A DNA stretch of 64,000 bases from Bispira polyomma (lineage: Eukaryota). The stretch spans positions 5,208,001 through 5,272,000 of the forward strand of contig OZ287750.1 in NCBI GenBank assembly GCA_965649765.1, written 5' to 3'. Shown here in pieces: positions 1-14,712 of the stretch; within the stretch, counting starts at the first letter, position 1, and the number at the start of each line of letters is the position of its first letter. The position numbers and the translations under genes are program-made. Under the pieces are notes generated by a model that did no database searches, had not been told where the DNA came from, and saw only the letters and a program-made list of their open reading frames with translations.

Positions 1-2157
1 TTCCAATTGTTGGGTGTTTTATTAATATAAAAGTCATAATAGACTTCATCAAACCCATGATGACCTATGTGTGAAAGAAGCTTTTAATCCTCAATAAACA
101 CTAGAGAAATGTCTCTACATTTTGTAGACGGTACGAGAGCTAAAATGTCTTGAAAACAATTTAACAGTATTTTATGCTGACTTATTCAGGGAAATATTCT
201 TGTTATTGTATTGCTTTTAACTGTATTTTTAACTGTATATTCTTTGCTAGTTTTTTTTAAATTTATTTGTAACATTCCACCTTCTTTCATTTTAACCTAA
301 TGCAGTTCTCTGCAACATATGGTATGAAATGTTTGTCTGCAATGCAATTAATTGATAGCATAAAAAATGTTTGGATTAATTACCACAAGTTAATTAAAAG
401 ACATGCTGAGACCACGTGTTGTGTGTTTTATTTCTATTTCAATGGCTTATCCCTCGATTTTAATTTGCGAGATAAAAAAAATGGCATTTTTTGTAATACA
501 CTGCTAGCAGGTCTTATACAAAGCGTCCTGCTGTGAAGGTTGTTGCATTGTTTTACTAAGGCAGTTGACTTAACAAATGTTGTGTATTTAACATTATTTT
601 TTTCATTGTTTATATAATTATTGGAGTGACTTGTACAAACATAATGTATGTATATAGTAAAAATTACAAACCAACGTTTACACGTATAAGTACCCAGTCA
701 TGTGTGGTGACTAAATGGCACTTAAAACATGAGTTAGTTGTGACAAAAAGCTAAAGGCACAAACATGCTATCCTGGATTGTATATTGTTTCATTACAAAT
801 TAAATAGAAGCTGGGTGTATCAGGTTGACTGTACACCAGAAATAGCTTATCAATCATAAACACATAGAAAATAAAAACATTTTCTAACTTTCACGTTGGA
901 AATTTGAAAAAGAAATAAGTTTCAAATATAAAGAAATCTAAAATAAAATTCAAAATGACTGAAATATTTGATTTGTCTTTATTCAGCTAGATATATTTTA
1001 TGGTAGGTTTAGTGTGGTATAATTAAGCTCAGTATGTATTTACGATTTATTATGTATATTATTAGGTAAGCTACACGAGTACATTATGGTCTAATTTAAT
1101 TCGACATGGCAATCAGAACATTTTGAAGAAAACGCGACGTTCAAGAAACTTATCCATATAGTGGTGTTATTTAAGAGGACACTTTATATCCCTTTTTCCA
1201 TTTCATTTTGAGAAACCCTCACAGCAAACTTTATGAATATTGGGTATAAGTCATAAGGCAACCTGCAATCACATTGTCTTCTCCATGTCTTATATTAGAG
1301 CATTATAACACACCATCACGATTCAACACAGATTCATCAAATACGTTGTCACTTTAAATGGACACATATAAGTCACTCATATTCTATTACATTGAAGAAA
1401 AAAAATGTTTTGTGTTTTTTCGGGTTTTCTGGCAATATACATATTTATAAAATGTAAAAGGCCAACAAAAAAAATAAAAAGATTGATACTTTATATCAAA
1501 GTGCCTTTATATGTATATATGATGCTAATGATACCAGTCACATCAATTTAGAGTGTTTCTAAAAGGATATCCAGCAATGAAATTTGTTATATATTATAAC
1601 AGACAGTCAACACCAGTATAGAATTCTATTTGTTTTTTATATTCGATTTGTGAAAAAAAAATCATTTTAAACTTTACACAATCCTCAATATTTAGTTTTC
1701 TTTAATTTTTGCAATTTTTAATCCTTGCTTAGGTGTAACTTTCCATTTTCTATGTAAATAAGGTTAATACATAATTCTTAAATTGTGTCAGTCTGGAACT
1801 TTTCTGGCCTTGAGTAAACGTAATAAGATGGTATTTGTTTCTGGACCAAGATAACATGATTTATGACTGTTTGATATTTTCGTAATAATCAGTTATGATG
1901 TTTGTTATTTGTTTTCTTGAGTAAAACATAGCATCTTGGGGTCCCATTCATTAAACAATTTGACCTAATGTAGCCTATATCCTTTGTTAACAGAATCAAA
2001 TATTTAAGTCACATTTATTATTTCCCATTTATTTCCCCCCTATTCACTTTTATATTTTCCCCGACTGCTTTTCCAGAGTAGTAAGTCATCAACATGACGT
2101 CAGCAGTAGTCCACTAATTGTTAGGTAGTGTACCCCTAGCCTGGATCAAGTCTCAAA

Positions 2158-2286
2158 GCCCGTATTCACACAAAAAATGTCTTTGTCTTAATACGGTCTT
2201 AGGTTTAATATTTTGGCCAAAAAGGTGGAGATTTTAGTCTTAAAATATTAAGCTTAAAACTAAGTTATATTTGTGAATACGGCCCC
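2158..2286. mobile_element. Short MITE (related ends at ~23457 and ~62991)
   Basis: gcccgtattcaca / tgtgaatacggcccc TIRs; the tails atctgattggctga.actaagaa...aaatatggccc at 23404-23458 and 62938-62992 match each other. Confidence 0.55.
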
Positions 2287-3000
2287 AGAGCATGTAACTT
2301 AAAAGTTCAATATTTTAATTTAAACTTTTATTCAGAGGTTTCTGAGATTTCGTAATCCTGTAAACACATATAGCCTCTTTGAAACCAAATAGTTATATTA
2401 CACTCGTATCTCACGCTTGGCACTATTTTGCAAGTATAATAAACACTTCATTTTGACCACTTGGAATTCTAAAAAATAAACAATGTATATCTACTTTATA
2501 AGAAGATAAGATACATATGTTGGACCAGTAAAAGGAATATGCTTTATTTAAAGGGAATAATTTAAGAACGTGACCTTTACTTTAAAATTAATTGTGAATT
2601 GTGTGGGCGTGTGCATTTAGGATTTTAGACACTATATGGAGATCGTTCATTGTTACCGAAGTATCATTGTTTGGCAAGTGTCTTCAAGTACCGATAAGAG
2701 TACATTGTGGATCAGCATTACACTGAATTTTCATCGGGATTGCTAAGATACGACTGATATGAGGCTAGTTATAATGTTGTCATAAAGGACAGGATGACCT
2801 AGACACGTTCCATGTGATGTATGTATGATGTCTGTCACTGTCTGTGTATTAAATCAGAAACATAAACTATAACCTCTCTTAAAGATAGGGTCACTGATGG
2901 CAGCACATCTAAATACCTTTACTGACTAACTGGGGTATCAAAGGGTCACAGTGAACCCTGTACCAATAAAATGGTTTATTTGTTACATTGGGAAAATGGC

Positions 3001-3359
3001 TACTGATTTAGATATCAGCGAGGGCCAAGTTGAGTGAGTATTTTCGTTTTTTTTTTTGAAACACAAAAGCCCAATTGACTTATCATATCATTTGTTTGGG
3101 ATATATGTGTTGAATATGATATTTGGGTGGATAAAAATTGGTGATTAAAATTAGATTTAGTGGGTTACTAATAATTAACTTACTGATTTAGATATCAGCG
3201 AGGGCCAAGTTGAGTGAGTATTTTCGTTTTTTTTTTGAAACACAAAAGCCCAATTGACTTATCATATCATTTGTTTGGGATATATGTGTTGAATATGATA
3301 TTTGGGTGGATAAAAATTGGTGATTAAAATTAGATTTAGTGGGTTACTAATAATTAACT
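3001..3359. repeat. ~180-bp direct tandem duplication
   Basis: tactgatttagatatcagcgagggcc... at 3001 and 3181; the only difference seen is poly-T length. Confidence 0.95.
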
Positions 3360-3822
3360 TTGCCTTTGGTTTATCTTTGTAACAAAGTCTCGTTCAGTTT
3401 AAAACGAATCCAAAATATGTATACATTTAAGTAAATTTAGTAGATAATGTACTCAGGTCAGAAAAAAATGTTACTTATATGAGCACACTATGTTTAATTA
3501 AAGCTATAACTATGTTCAATTAATTCCATTACAGATTAGATATTATCTGACAAAAAGGGTTTTTAAACAAGGTTAAGCTTTAAATACAAAAGCCAATGAT
3601 TTATTTGCTGTAATGTACAGTATATAAGATCCACAGAAGGTGCCATGGGTGTTAAAATATAAGGCACTTAAAATAGAAACCCAAGATCTTGGGTACCTCT
3701 TAAAATATCATATTGTGGTTTACTTGTCCAGTTCAAGGACATATTTGGACATAACAAATCACCTTAATATGGCTATAATGCAGCAGCACTTACCTTACTA
3801 TAATACAATTTATCCAAGGTAG

Positions 3823-4085
3823 CATGCTGCTTATTTTTTCTGTGCAAAGCTATTTATAGATTCTGACTTAAGCAAATACTTCAGCATCAATTTCTCCACT
3901 CTAAAATCTTTTCACAATTTCAAATGGCCTATGTTTAACTTGTCAAATTTTTCCAGGGGTAATATGCTGCTTCTTTCTTCCGTACAAAGCTATTTTTATC
4001 TGCTGACTTAACTAAGCAAATACTTCATCAATTTCGTTTTTCTAAAATCTATCTAGAATTTCAAATGGCATACGTTTAGCTTGTA
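3823..4085. repeat. Old diverged ~140-bp tandem duplication
   Basis: atgctgctt...caaagctattt...ctgacttaa...gcaaatacttca...ctaaaatct...aatttcaaatggc...gttta.cttgt appears twice. Confidence 0.8.
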
Positions 4086-5060
4086 AATATAAGAACTGCC
4101 CCAACATTTGCTGTTGAGAAATCTGCTATTGACGAGCCTTATCCCGACCACACCAAACATCTGCATTATCCTTATTGGCATTTAATCCCCTTGAGTGTCA
4201 GCTTGTAAATAAATGATTTGCTCAGCGAATTCTCTGTTAAATATTTCCTCTCAAATTATCTCTAAAATTGTTATTTAAGTTACAATATCAATTTTTATTG
4301 GTACTGTTTATTTTTTCAATATCATTAATTACTAATTACCAAGGATTTGACGGTTATCCAGCTAAACACAAATATGATATATGTATTTATAAAAGAAAAT
4401 GTGTCAAAAATGAATGAAAATGAATAAAAAAAATTGTAACTAATCTGTTTATGTGTAGTTACAACAGGCTTATTAGTTCAGTAGTTAAGAGGCCCAAGTG
4501 ACTTTGTTTATGGATATTTCACTTTGATGTGTGACTTTCAAGTTGGCACTCTGTCTTCAAGTAGCAGTCAGTCTACATCGTTGCAAAACAAGCCATACCA
4601 TATTTTTTTTACTTTTTTGCAAATATATTTACAGTTTCGTCCTACATTTTCTTAGCACAAGTCTTAACAATGAACATCAAACAATGTCAGTGTGGGGGAA
4701 AAAAACAAATGCTGAATAACTGAACAAAAACAGTATATGTAGAAATTGTGATTTTGTTTTGTACAGAACTATCTGTGTAGCCCCATTTGTTCCACTATCA
4801 GTTTATAGGCAGCTGTTTTTCTATATTCTTTTGACAGTGGTTGTATGGTTTGTCCAGAGGTGTTGTAAGTATCTGACAAATGACCTCTCGAGGGACAAGG
4901 AGCCAATAGAACCAGTGCTAAGAAAGTCCTCTCCAAGGTTGTTATACGAGGGCTCTGATAGTGTTGTTTCCTCATTGCACATGCTACAACGTTTCCAAAA
5001 GTTTTTAGACTTGAATGAGTCATTTTAGTAAGAAGTTCGGTCAATGACTTTAACCACAGC

Positions 5061-5263
5061 ACTTTGTGGGCCCCTCACTGGTGTAATGTATGGGTTTGAA
5101 TATCGAGCTGGCGCGTATGTGGGAAAGCTGGCAGTATACTTGCTGAAAGCTGGTGTTTTGCAGATCAGAAAAACATTGACCAAACTACTGTGTTTTGATT
5201 TCCTCCCTTAAGTGATATGAGACAAACATGTTGAAAGCGACGTTAAACACAAAATAAACTAAA
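5061..5263 (+). mobile_element. Related tRNA-derived SINE (5'-degenerate or truncated)
   Basis: gggtttgaat B-box remnant; tatgtgggaaagctggcag core; tail gttgaaagcgacgttaaacac; 11-bp TSD ttaaccacagc at 5050 and 5264. Confidence 0.8.
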
Positions 5264-8200
5264 TTAACCACAGCTTCATACGGATGTGTGATTTGACAAG
5301 ATAGATGCTGGAGAATACCAATACTAAGATAATAATACAAAGGTGAAACCTAGCATTATATCAAAATAGCCACTTTCAAAGCAAAAGTACTGCACCAAAA
5401 AAGTAGAACAATTTCTAGAACAACGCTTTTACTGTCTCTCTACCATGTAAATTGGTTCAGTAGTTTTTCTGTCATCACGGTGACAAACAAACCAACAGAG
5501 TCATGTGAAAGCATGACATTCCTAGTGGAGTTAATACCAAAAAATTGCCCTAAGTTAACTCAAGGTAAACCTAAACTAGACGGACTCTCAGTATTATAGC
5601 ATGTGTACCTGAAGGCCACAGTGTCTAAAAGTGAAAACAAATCATTTAACTGAATCTGTGGCAAAATGTAAAGGATCCTTCCTTGGCCTATGTCCAACCC
5701 CTGCACCAGGTATAATGTATATATGCAAAATATTGGTTTGGTATATTTTGTGTAATTCTGTCAACAAACCAATAGACACACAGGCGAAAACCAAAATCGG
5801 TCAGTGTTAAATCACAAATAGATTTCATTGTACACATGAACACAATTTTATGAAAGAAGCTGAAGACTATAAAATTTGCAAGTAGCACCTGTATCTTCCA
5901 AACTATGATAACTTATACAACACTAGCTGTAAACTAGCTAGACTTCATAATTTAGTCCATAGAAATGCACAGATCATTCCATGTGAGATTTATAGAGGAA
6001 TAATTTTTAATTCACTCTTTTCCTTGACCTTTCTTCCTACAAAAACAAATAAGCGGGTGTCTCCACCTTCCCCCTCTTTCTTAGCAGTGATTAATTGCTA
6101 TTGCACATCGAGGCAAGAGACAGTCATTGTAAGGCGGGGGGTGGGGGGGGGGGGTGTCGTCTGTGTTAATGGAAAGGTCAAGAAATGAAATTAAGGCTTT
6201 TTGGAAGAGGGGGCAAAAAAAACAAGTCTAAAAACTAGGCCTGTATGTTGTTAATGGTGTACCTTAAAACAAATGCATGCTCCCACGGAGACCCCTCCAG
6301 TTCCCTCGTATATTACCAGTTGTATATATGCTCCCTAATACTGACAGTTGTCCAGTGACATAGTGTCATTACACTTTGCACATTGTATTCTGCTATAGAC
6401 ATGCTGGTTTTTAATTAAGTCATATAACTTGCTACTAAGTCTGTGTGTTTCTTAGACTTAAAGTATTGTACATAGGGAAGGGACACTAGGAGGCGGTGGT
6501 TGAAGTGAATTGAGCCTAATGACCCACATCTCTGACCAATGGGTTATATGAGGCCCTCCCCCACTCACTGTCTTAATCTGGTTAAGGTACTTTGGTTCCA
6601 TCTTAGTTTATTACTGATGAGGCTTCAATGCAGAAAACTTGTGCTAAAAAGTAAGGTGAGCCTCCTCCTGACTCATCAGAACGCCTAAATGGGGGGGGGG
6701 GGGGGTATGGTCACTATAGTTACAGTAATCCCATAGCCTTTTCAGGGCTTATAAATACAGTTATTTAATAAAACATATTTGATCAGCTTATTACAGTGTG
6801 TAAATTCAATGTCAAATTATATTATTTAAGCAGGGTGTACATGTTGGAGCCCAACTTCCGATTTGGCCAATCTTACAATCTTAAGATGGGCTACAGCCCA
6901 ACTTAGGATCCTAAGTTTGGCAGCCCAATTTAAGAATGGCCAGGTAAACTAGCCAAGCTTGAGATTGGATTAAAATTTAAAACTAGCCCAACTTGAAAAT
7001 TTATGTACAGGTGCGGAATATATATGTATATGAAAATAATACCATATATATATATATATATATTTTATATTTTAAGACCAAATACATTACGCACTCTTGT
7101 TATAACTTGTCTGTACACTCTAAATATACATATAGAATGTACCTGTTAGCCACAGTGATTAAATATGGTACATTTACTAGGCATGATTCTATTTGTACAT
7201 AGGAGACCATACCATCAATAAAACAGGTGTAACAGTACAGCCATATAACTGTGAAATAAAGTCCTCCAAGTAGGGGAAAATACTTACAGTTACTTTACAC
7301 TACAGCTAATGTAGCATATAGAGACAGGCTGTTGTGGTTCTGTCTTACGTTAAACCAGGGGAGTGTCAAATAGAGAAATATACTAAACTGTTCAAGCCCA
7401 TACTTATCCAACGCAACAATATTTAGATAATATAAGAGTATAAGGTATCAAGCTCTCAGTAACTGACGTACTGCATGAAAAGGTTAATTGTTACATTTTA
7501 TATATATGTATTTCAATTAATGGTCTTATAGCTATGTTGTAATCAGATTTTGTTATTGTAATTATATATGACTGTCTAGTTTATGCATAACATGCTATCA
7601 TATGACATTGTAATTTATAGCCAGCAATACTATCAGGCATTATGTGTGGAACTGACATTTTATACTCATTTTACATTTCCAGAATAATAATACAAAAATA
7701 ATGTGTAATTTGTCAAGTAACATAATATACAGTTAAATTACTGTCAGTTTTAGCATTCTCAGCATATCATATAATCATCAGTATTAGAATAATCACCAGT
7801 GAATACAGAATACAATAAATTATATATATACATTGCACCAAGTGAATCTTTATGAATATATAAAATAAGTATTTTCCATGGTTTTTCACTAGAGCAGTGA
7901 CACGTGTAGATATGTTTACCTTCAGGGAAATTTACTGTTATTTACTACCACTTGTTAGCATTCCACCACGTTTATTTTGGAGTATATACTCAGCCATTCA
8001 TTTTGGAGGAGGCATGGCTACAAGTAAAAAACCACACCCCCCACTGTCATCATAACTAAACTGAGAAGACACTGCAGTTGGTGATGCAGCCATATCCCGA
8101 CATAAGATGATCAGTTATAGCTGATGTGTTTAAGTCTGAGTCTTACATCCAGGGTATCTTATAGCCAGGGTTATACAGTTACCACCCCACTAACCCCCCT

Positions 8201-11200
8201 CCCCCCCCCTCCTGTCCAACATTCCCTCATCCCCCTCCCCTTTGTCCATTATTAGTCCCTTCTTTGTAATAAATAGGTCATCTTTCTCTCCACCACTATT
8301 GCGATTCATCACAAGCTGACACGTTAACACTGTATCAATCCTTAGGCCTGTCTTCTGGAAAGCTTTTGTAAGCTCAGCTCCATCTCAATGGTATCTGGAA
8401 GTTTAGCAATTTACAAGGAAAGTGTATTTGTGCAGTGTTTTTAGTGATGATGTAGTAGTTATAGTATACTGTGTGTATTGAACATTTAAATTGAATGTAC
8501 ATGGATTACATTGTCCTTGATGAGACAAGTACAATGCTTTAATCAGCTGAAATAGCACCAGTCCTGCTTTAAAATACGAGGGATATATTGGCGGTGTCTC
8601 ATATGTTTGGTGATCTCATCCTTCCAGCACCAACTAACTTCAATGTGCTATGAAACAGTAAAACAACAAATCATACTACAGTATAAACCCAAACATCATA
8701 TTATACAACCTATACATTAATTTAAAGGTCACTATGGCTTGCTAATACTAAGAATGAATCTGTAAAGTCTGGTACAAACTTTGCTTTTCCCTTATATACT
8801 ACTTTCTCATTTTACTTCCTCATTGTAACCAACCATATTATAGTCATATTCTGATCTATAAGTTTTGATGACCTTCAAACTGTGGTCATTTTATATAATG
8901 AGTAGATGATGGCGTACCTTCACAGTTTGGATACAGAGTGAACGTTTGCTAGGGTGAAGTATTACAGGTTAGGCCAGCACTGTCGGTCTTGTGGATGGTT
9001 GTTCATGTACAAGTATATACACCTTATAGGTCGTATTTCAATAAAGCAAATGATAAGATAATAGCATATATCACTTTCCCTGTTTTCATGCAAAGTGGTT
9101 TATGTGACGAGAAGCCTTAGCATATAAGTCTACCTAGCACAAAGATTTGTCAACAAAACCAGTCCAAAAATCACACACAATAATACATTGAGATTCATGC
9201 ATCTGATGTTGGTCTATTTTGGGGGATACTGTTGCTATATGTGCTATGAAGTTTGACATTTCCCTGTCTTGAAATCTTCTTCTTTATGGACTGCAGTTAT
9301 TTGCCCTATTTCACATGCCATTGGTTCCTGTTGTTCACATGCTCCATCCTATGATTTTTTTACCCCACGGCCCCTGTCCCAAAACTAGGTTTATTAGTGT
9401 GATTTTGTTTTTTGTTCTCAACAAAACATGTAAAGTGGGGAAATTGGATGCTATATTGGACCTATGAACTCAATTCCAAGAGAACAATACCAGACGAAAT
9501 TGTTGCCTAGGGCTTCAACAGGAAACTTCTCCAAAGTAGGACATTACCAACAGTTACATAGACACCCAGATATGTAGAGTAATCTCAACTAAATCCGATT
9601 TTTCGCAAACCACCCTGTGCTTACTTTTCATGTATTAAGTTTTACAGCAATAGATAGTAGATATACACTCACCTTCATGTGAAATATACCACAATAACAA
9701 ATGTAATGAAATAGATCTTCTACTTTGTTATTTGTATATACCGAATTTAGGTGTTTTTTTAATAGTGTTCCCTTTTGGAGTTGAGTCTGTTACTTGGCTT
9801 TGTGTTTTTAAGTAAGAACAACAAGGACTTCACATTTTCAATCCAGGGTTGAACGAGAGGAAATAACAATGCTGAGGACAATAAGGACATTGAGTGAGAA
9901 AGCATTTCTCTGTCAAATACTCTGTGAAACAAGATGAAAGATGTCAGCAAGAAAAAAAATAAGAAAGAGAAAAAACTAGTTCGGTGACTGACTTAAGTAG
10001 AAAATTAACTCAGCTCCCTTTTTGGAGGATGGTTGTAAGCTGCATTTGATCTGGTAATAGTTTTCATAAGTTAATCAAATAACATTGATTACATAATACT
10101 TTTAGCTTAAAGTAGACCTACAATGTGAAATGTGTGTATCATTGAACAAATTGGACTGAAACATGGCATATAGTCATTTAGAAAAACTGTAATTACAATA
10201 TACAGTTTCAGTATCATTAAAATATATACCGGTGGGGTTTTTTCAGACAAACATTTAGGTATTGCAATAGGGTTCATAATTATATGATATGGGAGCAACA
10301 TGCAGTGAAAATGATGCTTTATGAAATTATTGGAATATAAGTTGGATAAATAATTGCACAAAAATATAAGGCTGTAAATCTGTATGGTTTCCAGCAGTAT
10401 GGCTTATTGTGTAAAGCACATGCTTAGGAATGTAGGGGACGTTAGTTCGATCCCAGCGTTAAATTCACAGGTTGTGGTTTGATCACTTTAATGGTGACAC
10501 TTTCTCTTTGAATCTTATCTCTCGTAGCAGTCCCAATAATGAACCTTCGATACACTGATAAATAATAAGTTTTACTCATCTCTCTCTCTCTTAATTGAAA
10601 TGACTGAGTTTAAGTAATAAATATTGTTTGATTACACAGTTAATCCCACTCATACAAAGAGCTACTATATTATATCTTTGAAGTAAATTACAACCCAAAA
10701 CCTCATAACACTTCAATTTTTTTCACCTTTCAGCACACATTCCAAAGCTCAATAAATCTGCACTGATGTTAGGGTTAGGATTAATAGACTATCAGATCAC
10801 TGTAAAGGATTGGAGAATAGTAAACATTGTAGAAACATCTAGGTCTAAGTAAACATTAAAGAGATTCTACAGTTATTCTACTCAAAAGATATCTTATGGC
10901 TTTAACACTATTGCTTCTGCAAAAGATCAATCATATTCAAATCAAATCCTGTAGTGATTTAAACAGGCCCCTTCAAAACAAGTGCTCTTCAGATATAAAT
11001 CTTGATCAATGTGACTTTTTTTTACTGAACACAAATGCCTTGTTTTGGCACAGAGGGAAGAGTCTGAAAGGGAGGGGAGTGAAAGAATCAAGAGAAAAGA
11101 TCGTAAAGTGTGACGGTTTGGGGTAGAAAAGAGACCAATAATTGGACTGGCTGTATCCACCAGAAAGCTAATAATGAAATATGGTGGCTTTCACCATAAA

Positions 11201-12464
11201 AAGGGATCGTATCTGGCTTGACTCCTGGGTACCAGCTTTAGCTGACCAGAATGTTAATCCACTAACAAGGAAGTTGTAGGTCTTGCCCTGTGATTTCGTG
11301 TTCTGTTGTTGTTTGGGTTTTCTCTTATTGCCGTAGTTTTCAGAAAATAGAACTATTTGATGATAGACCCACATGGGCTTACATTTGGACATTTACCGCC
11401 GGAAAAAAGCCCATGAGCTTTTATTAGGTTGGGAAAAGAAAAGATTGTTCAAATATAACTGTAATTTACTTTTATTGGAATTTGTTTTGGGTTGTCTTAA
11501 TATGCCTTTTCATTATAATAATAAATATCTTATATAGCGCTCAACTGGTACATAAAAAAATTACATTTCTGTAAATGTATAAATGATAATAATAATAAAA
11601 GTTTATATTCGTACTGACAGTACATGCAAAAGAGATAAACACAGAAAAAATAGAACAAACATAAAAACAGAATTACAAATCATTATAAAAAAAATCTTGC
11701 TAAAATATAAACAGTTGGTGTCGCTCATAAGTAAGAGGTCTCTAATATTTCCAAATATCATTTCATTGTAATCAGAATGGTACGTGCACACATTGGCAAA
11801 CAGGATATTGCAAATTTTAAAGGAATCAAATCAAACTTAAATTATTACTAGCAGATGAGCCACTTCCTTGTTTAACTCTTTGATTACAAAATGTGACAAA
11901 GAATGTAAATGGTTAGCACACTGGGTCAGGACAAATGTTATCTGTAATGTGGTCATGTCTTTCAGTTCCCAAAAAACACTTGCTCCCACTACCATATGTA
12001 AGCCCTAGGTCACTGCTCTGGGATTTTATTTGGTTTCAACATTCTATGTCCAAATTATCTCATTTTCCGAAATATACGCTCAGGGCTTAATTTCTTTAGA
12101 AAGCTCCTGTAATGTTAAGATCTAGTTCATTAGTGAAGCGGGATTTGTTTTTCAAAATTGACACAAGGACATTCTACTTTTGTGCTTTGTATATAGGGCC
12201 TTTGAGGGTAATATATTAAAATTGTAAACTTGTCAAAATTTATGAAGATGAGATGGTGTAAAGAAGTAGGACAAAATCAGGAAAATAAGGTCGTGAGTAA
12301 CCTATTTTAGTTTCTGTGTACATTACTGCCACAAGAAAAGAGGTTGTATGATATTTCATATATACGTTTATAGTTCAAGAGTAATGTTTTCAGTAGGAAG
12401 TGATGTCTTTTAATGAAGAAACCCTCATCCAACTGAGTGATAGACATGACTGAGATTTAGTGAG

Positions 12465-12778
12465 CGTTTCCATGCAGGCAATTTTCTGAGGTGACCAGCC
12501 GATGGCAATTCCATCAGTTTCATTGTTTTAATACCTCGTGTTTCCATGTAAGCAACACCAACGGGTGGCGGGCAATGCTAGGCGATTTTTTTCGGTACCA
12601 GAAGTGAAAAAACCGCCTAGCATCACCTGTCGCCTTGTAAACATTGCTTTTTTATGCATAATATGTGATTTCCTTATAAAATTAGCTTTAAAATTGCTTG
12701 CATGGAAACATAAAATTGCGGATTGCCATCGGCTATCAAGTGATTGCCTGTTAGCAATTGCCGAGATCGAAACATAGA
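12465..12778. mobile_element. Palindromic non-autonomous DNA element (Harbinger-like)
   Basis: gtttccatg / catggaaac and agccgatggcaat / attgccatcggct inverted arms. Confidence 0.55.
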
Positions 12779-14348
12779 CTAACCCTTCCTGACACTTGGT
12801 AATATCTCAAGACTTCAAATTAACTAATATGTTTAAAATAGGAATATTGTACTAGTTCACTAATTAAAATGTTTAAATCTAATTAAGCTCAAAACATGTT
12901 TGTTTTTTGTTTTGTTTTTTCATATTGTTATAAATTACTGGGTTGAAATGATAAAAACAAGGCTAAATAGAGTCAGTAACTCTGAGTTTATAATAACAGC
13001 ATCCTAAAAAGGACCTAACTATCATCTAAGAATAAGGTAAAAATAAGACAAAAATCTAATATATTAGGCAGTAACTATGGCACCAAAATTGCTTTGGCTG
13101 ACATGATTCAAGCCTTGCACGGATTTACACTTGAATTTGTTTTTTTACAAAATCCAAAGATAAACCAAACAAGTTAATATTCAAAATTTTGAAGAGAACT
13201 TTCATGTTTCATTTTGAGTCTTTGATGTTCTGTATTATTTCCACAGTTTGCAGTGCATCACAAACACGTAGTTCTAGATCTGCTATGTTTACAGCCTCTG
13301 AAATGGAAATTTTGTAATTGTGTAAAAAAATGTACACTCCATTTATTATAATCAGTCAATGTTGTAGACTGTGTAATGGCCAACTGTCTGGGACTGATCA
13401 TATTAAGCCCCACACATTTATCTAAAATTAATAGTCAGATAGAAGGGTTCAGTGGGTACGGCTGTATTAAGTTGTACATGTCACAGCACTGCCATGATGG
13501 AGCTACTGAGTAATAAAGATAACCTTTTTATGGGTGGTTTTAATTGGAGACTGAGGATTCCACTCTCATTACGTAGAGGGACTCGTAAATATGTAGAAGC
13601 GTGCATGTTAAAGAGAAATTAACTGCAAGTTTAATTTTCACGAAATGCTGTAATATTTTAACGTTTCGCTTTTACCGCGACATATTTTTTTACGGCAAAC
13701 AAACACGGTCAAGGTCGATGATAAATAACTAACGCACGTGTTTGGGCGATAAAATGGTACTTGTAATCACTCTTTTTGAATTAAAAATGTAATAATAAAA
13801 TAACTAAACATAGAAACTACATACATCGAATTTTAAAAGGGATTTTAATTGACATGAATGTTTTAATCACACGTACGACTGTGACAATATTTAATTGGGT
13901 ACTTTCAAATTATGTTACTTGTATAAAGACTAAAGAATGTGCTGGATGACCCACCTTTTGCATGTGCAGTGCAGATATTGATCACTGAGACTATAAATAT
14001 GTTGCAAAAAAGCTGAGTAGCCTTGCCCAAGGTGTGTGATTTGATAAGAGATTTTCTGAATATTTATATACAAAGTGCATAAGTTAAATTTAACATGAGA
14101 TGATCTAGCAATTTGTTAGGCAACAGTACCCTATTGTTTCTAAAAATAGATTTCTATCAAGATATGTGTAGAGAATCTATTATATATCAGGGGTGTTTTT
14201 TGGAATTGTATTCCAAGCAGGGCTGCAAATCAACCCCATGTTTACTGATATATAAGACTAGCAATAGCGAGGCATTTCTTGAGACTTTTTCATCTTTGTT
14301 AGAGTTTCAGCAAATGATTACTTGAGACTTGTAAAGAGGTCATTATTT

Positions 14349-14712
14349 GAGACTTGTAGTCAACTTATTAGAGCAATAGGAGAGGCTATTGGTTGAGACT
14401 TGTAGTCAACTTATTAGAGCCATAGGAGAGGCTATTGGTTGAGACTTGTAGTCAACTTGTTAGAGCAATAGGAGAGGCTATTGGTTGAGACTTGTAGACA
14501 ACTTGTTATAGCCATGGAGAGGCTATTGGTTGAGACTTGTAGTGAACTTATTAGAGCCACAGGAGAGGCTATTGGTTGAGACTTGTAGTCAACTTGTTAG
14601 AGCCATAGGAGAGGCTATTGGTTGAGACTTGTAGTGAACTTGTTAGAGCCATAGGAAAGGCTATTGGTTGAGACTTGTAGTTAACTTGTTAGAGGCCATT
14701 ATTTGAGACTTG
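14349..14712. repeat. 46-bp minisatellite, ~7.5 copies
   Basis: gagacttgtagtcaacttattagagccataggagaggctattggtt at 14349, 14395, 14441, 14487, 14532, 14578, 14624, 14670. Confidence 0.95.

Noticed and set aside
10768-10779. Telomere-like ttagggttagg
   Set aside because: Only two units; chance level.
11515-11930. Possible minus-strand LINE 3' remnant (agcgctatataagatatttattatt tail)
   Set aside because: Too degenerate to assign; the tail differs from the TTAGA family.
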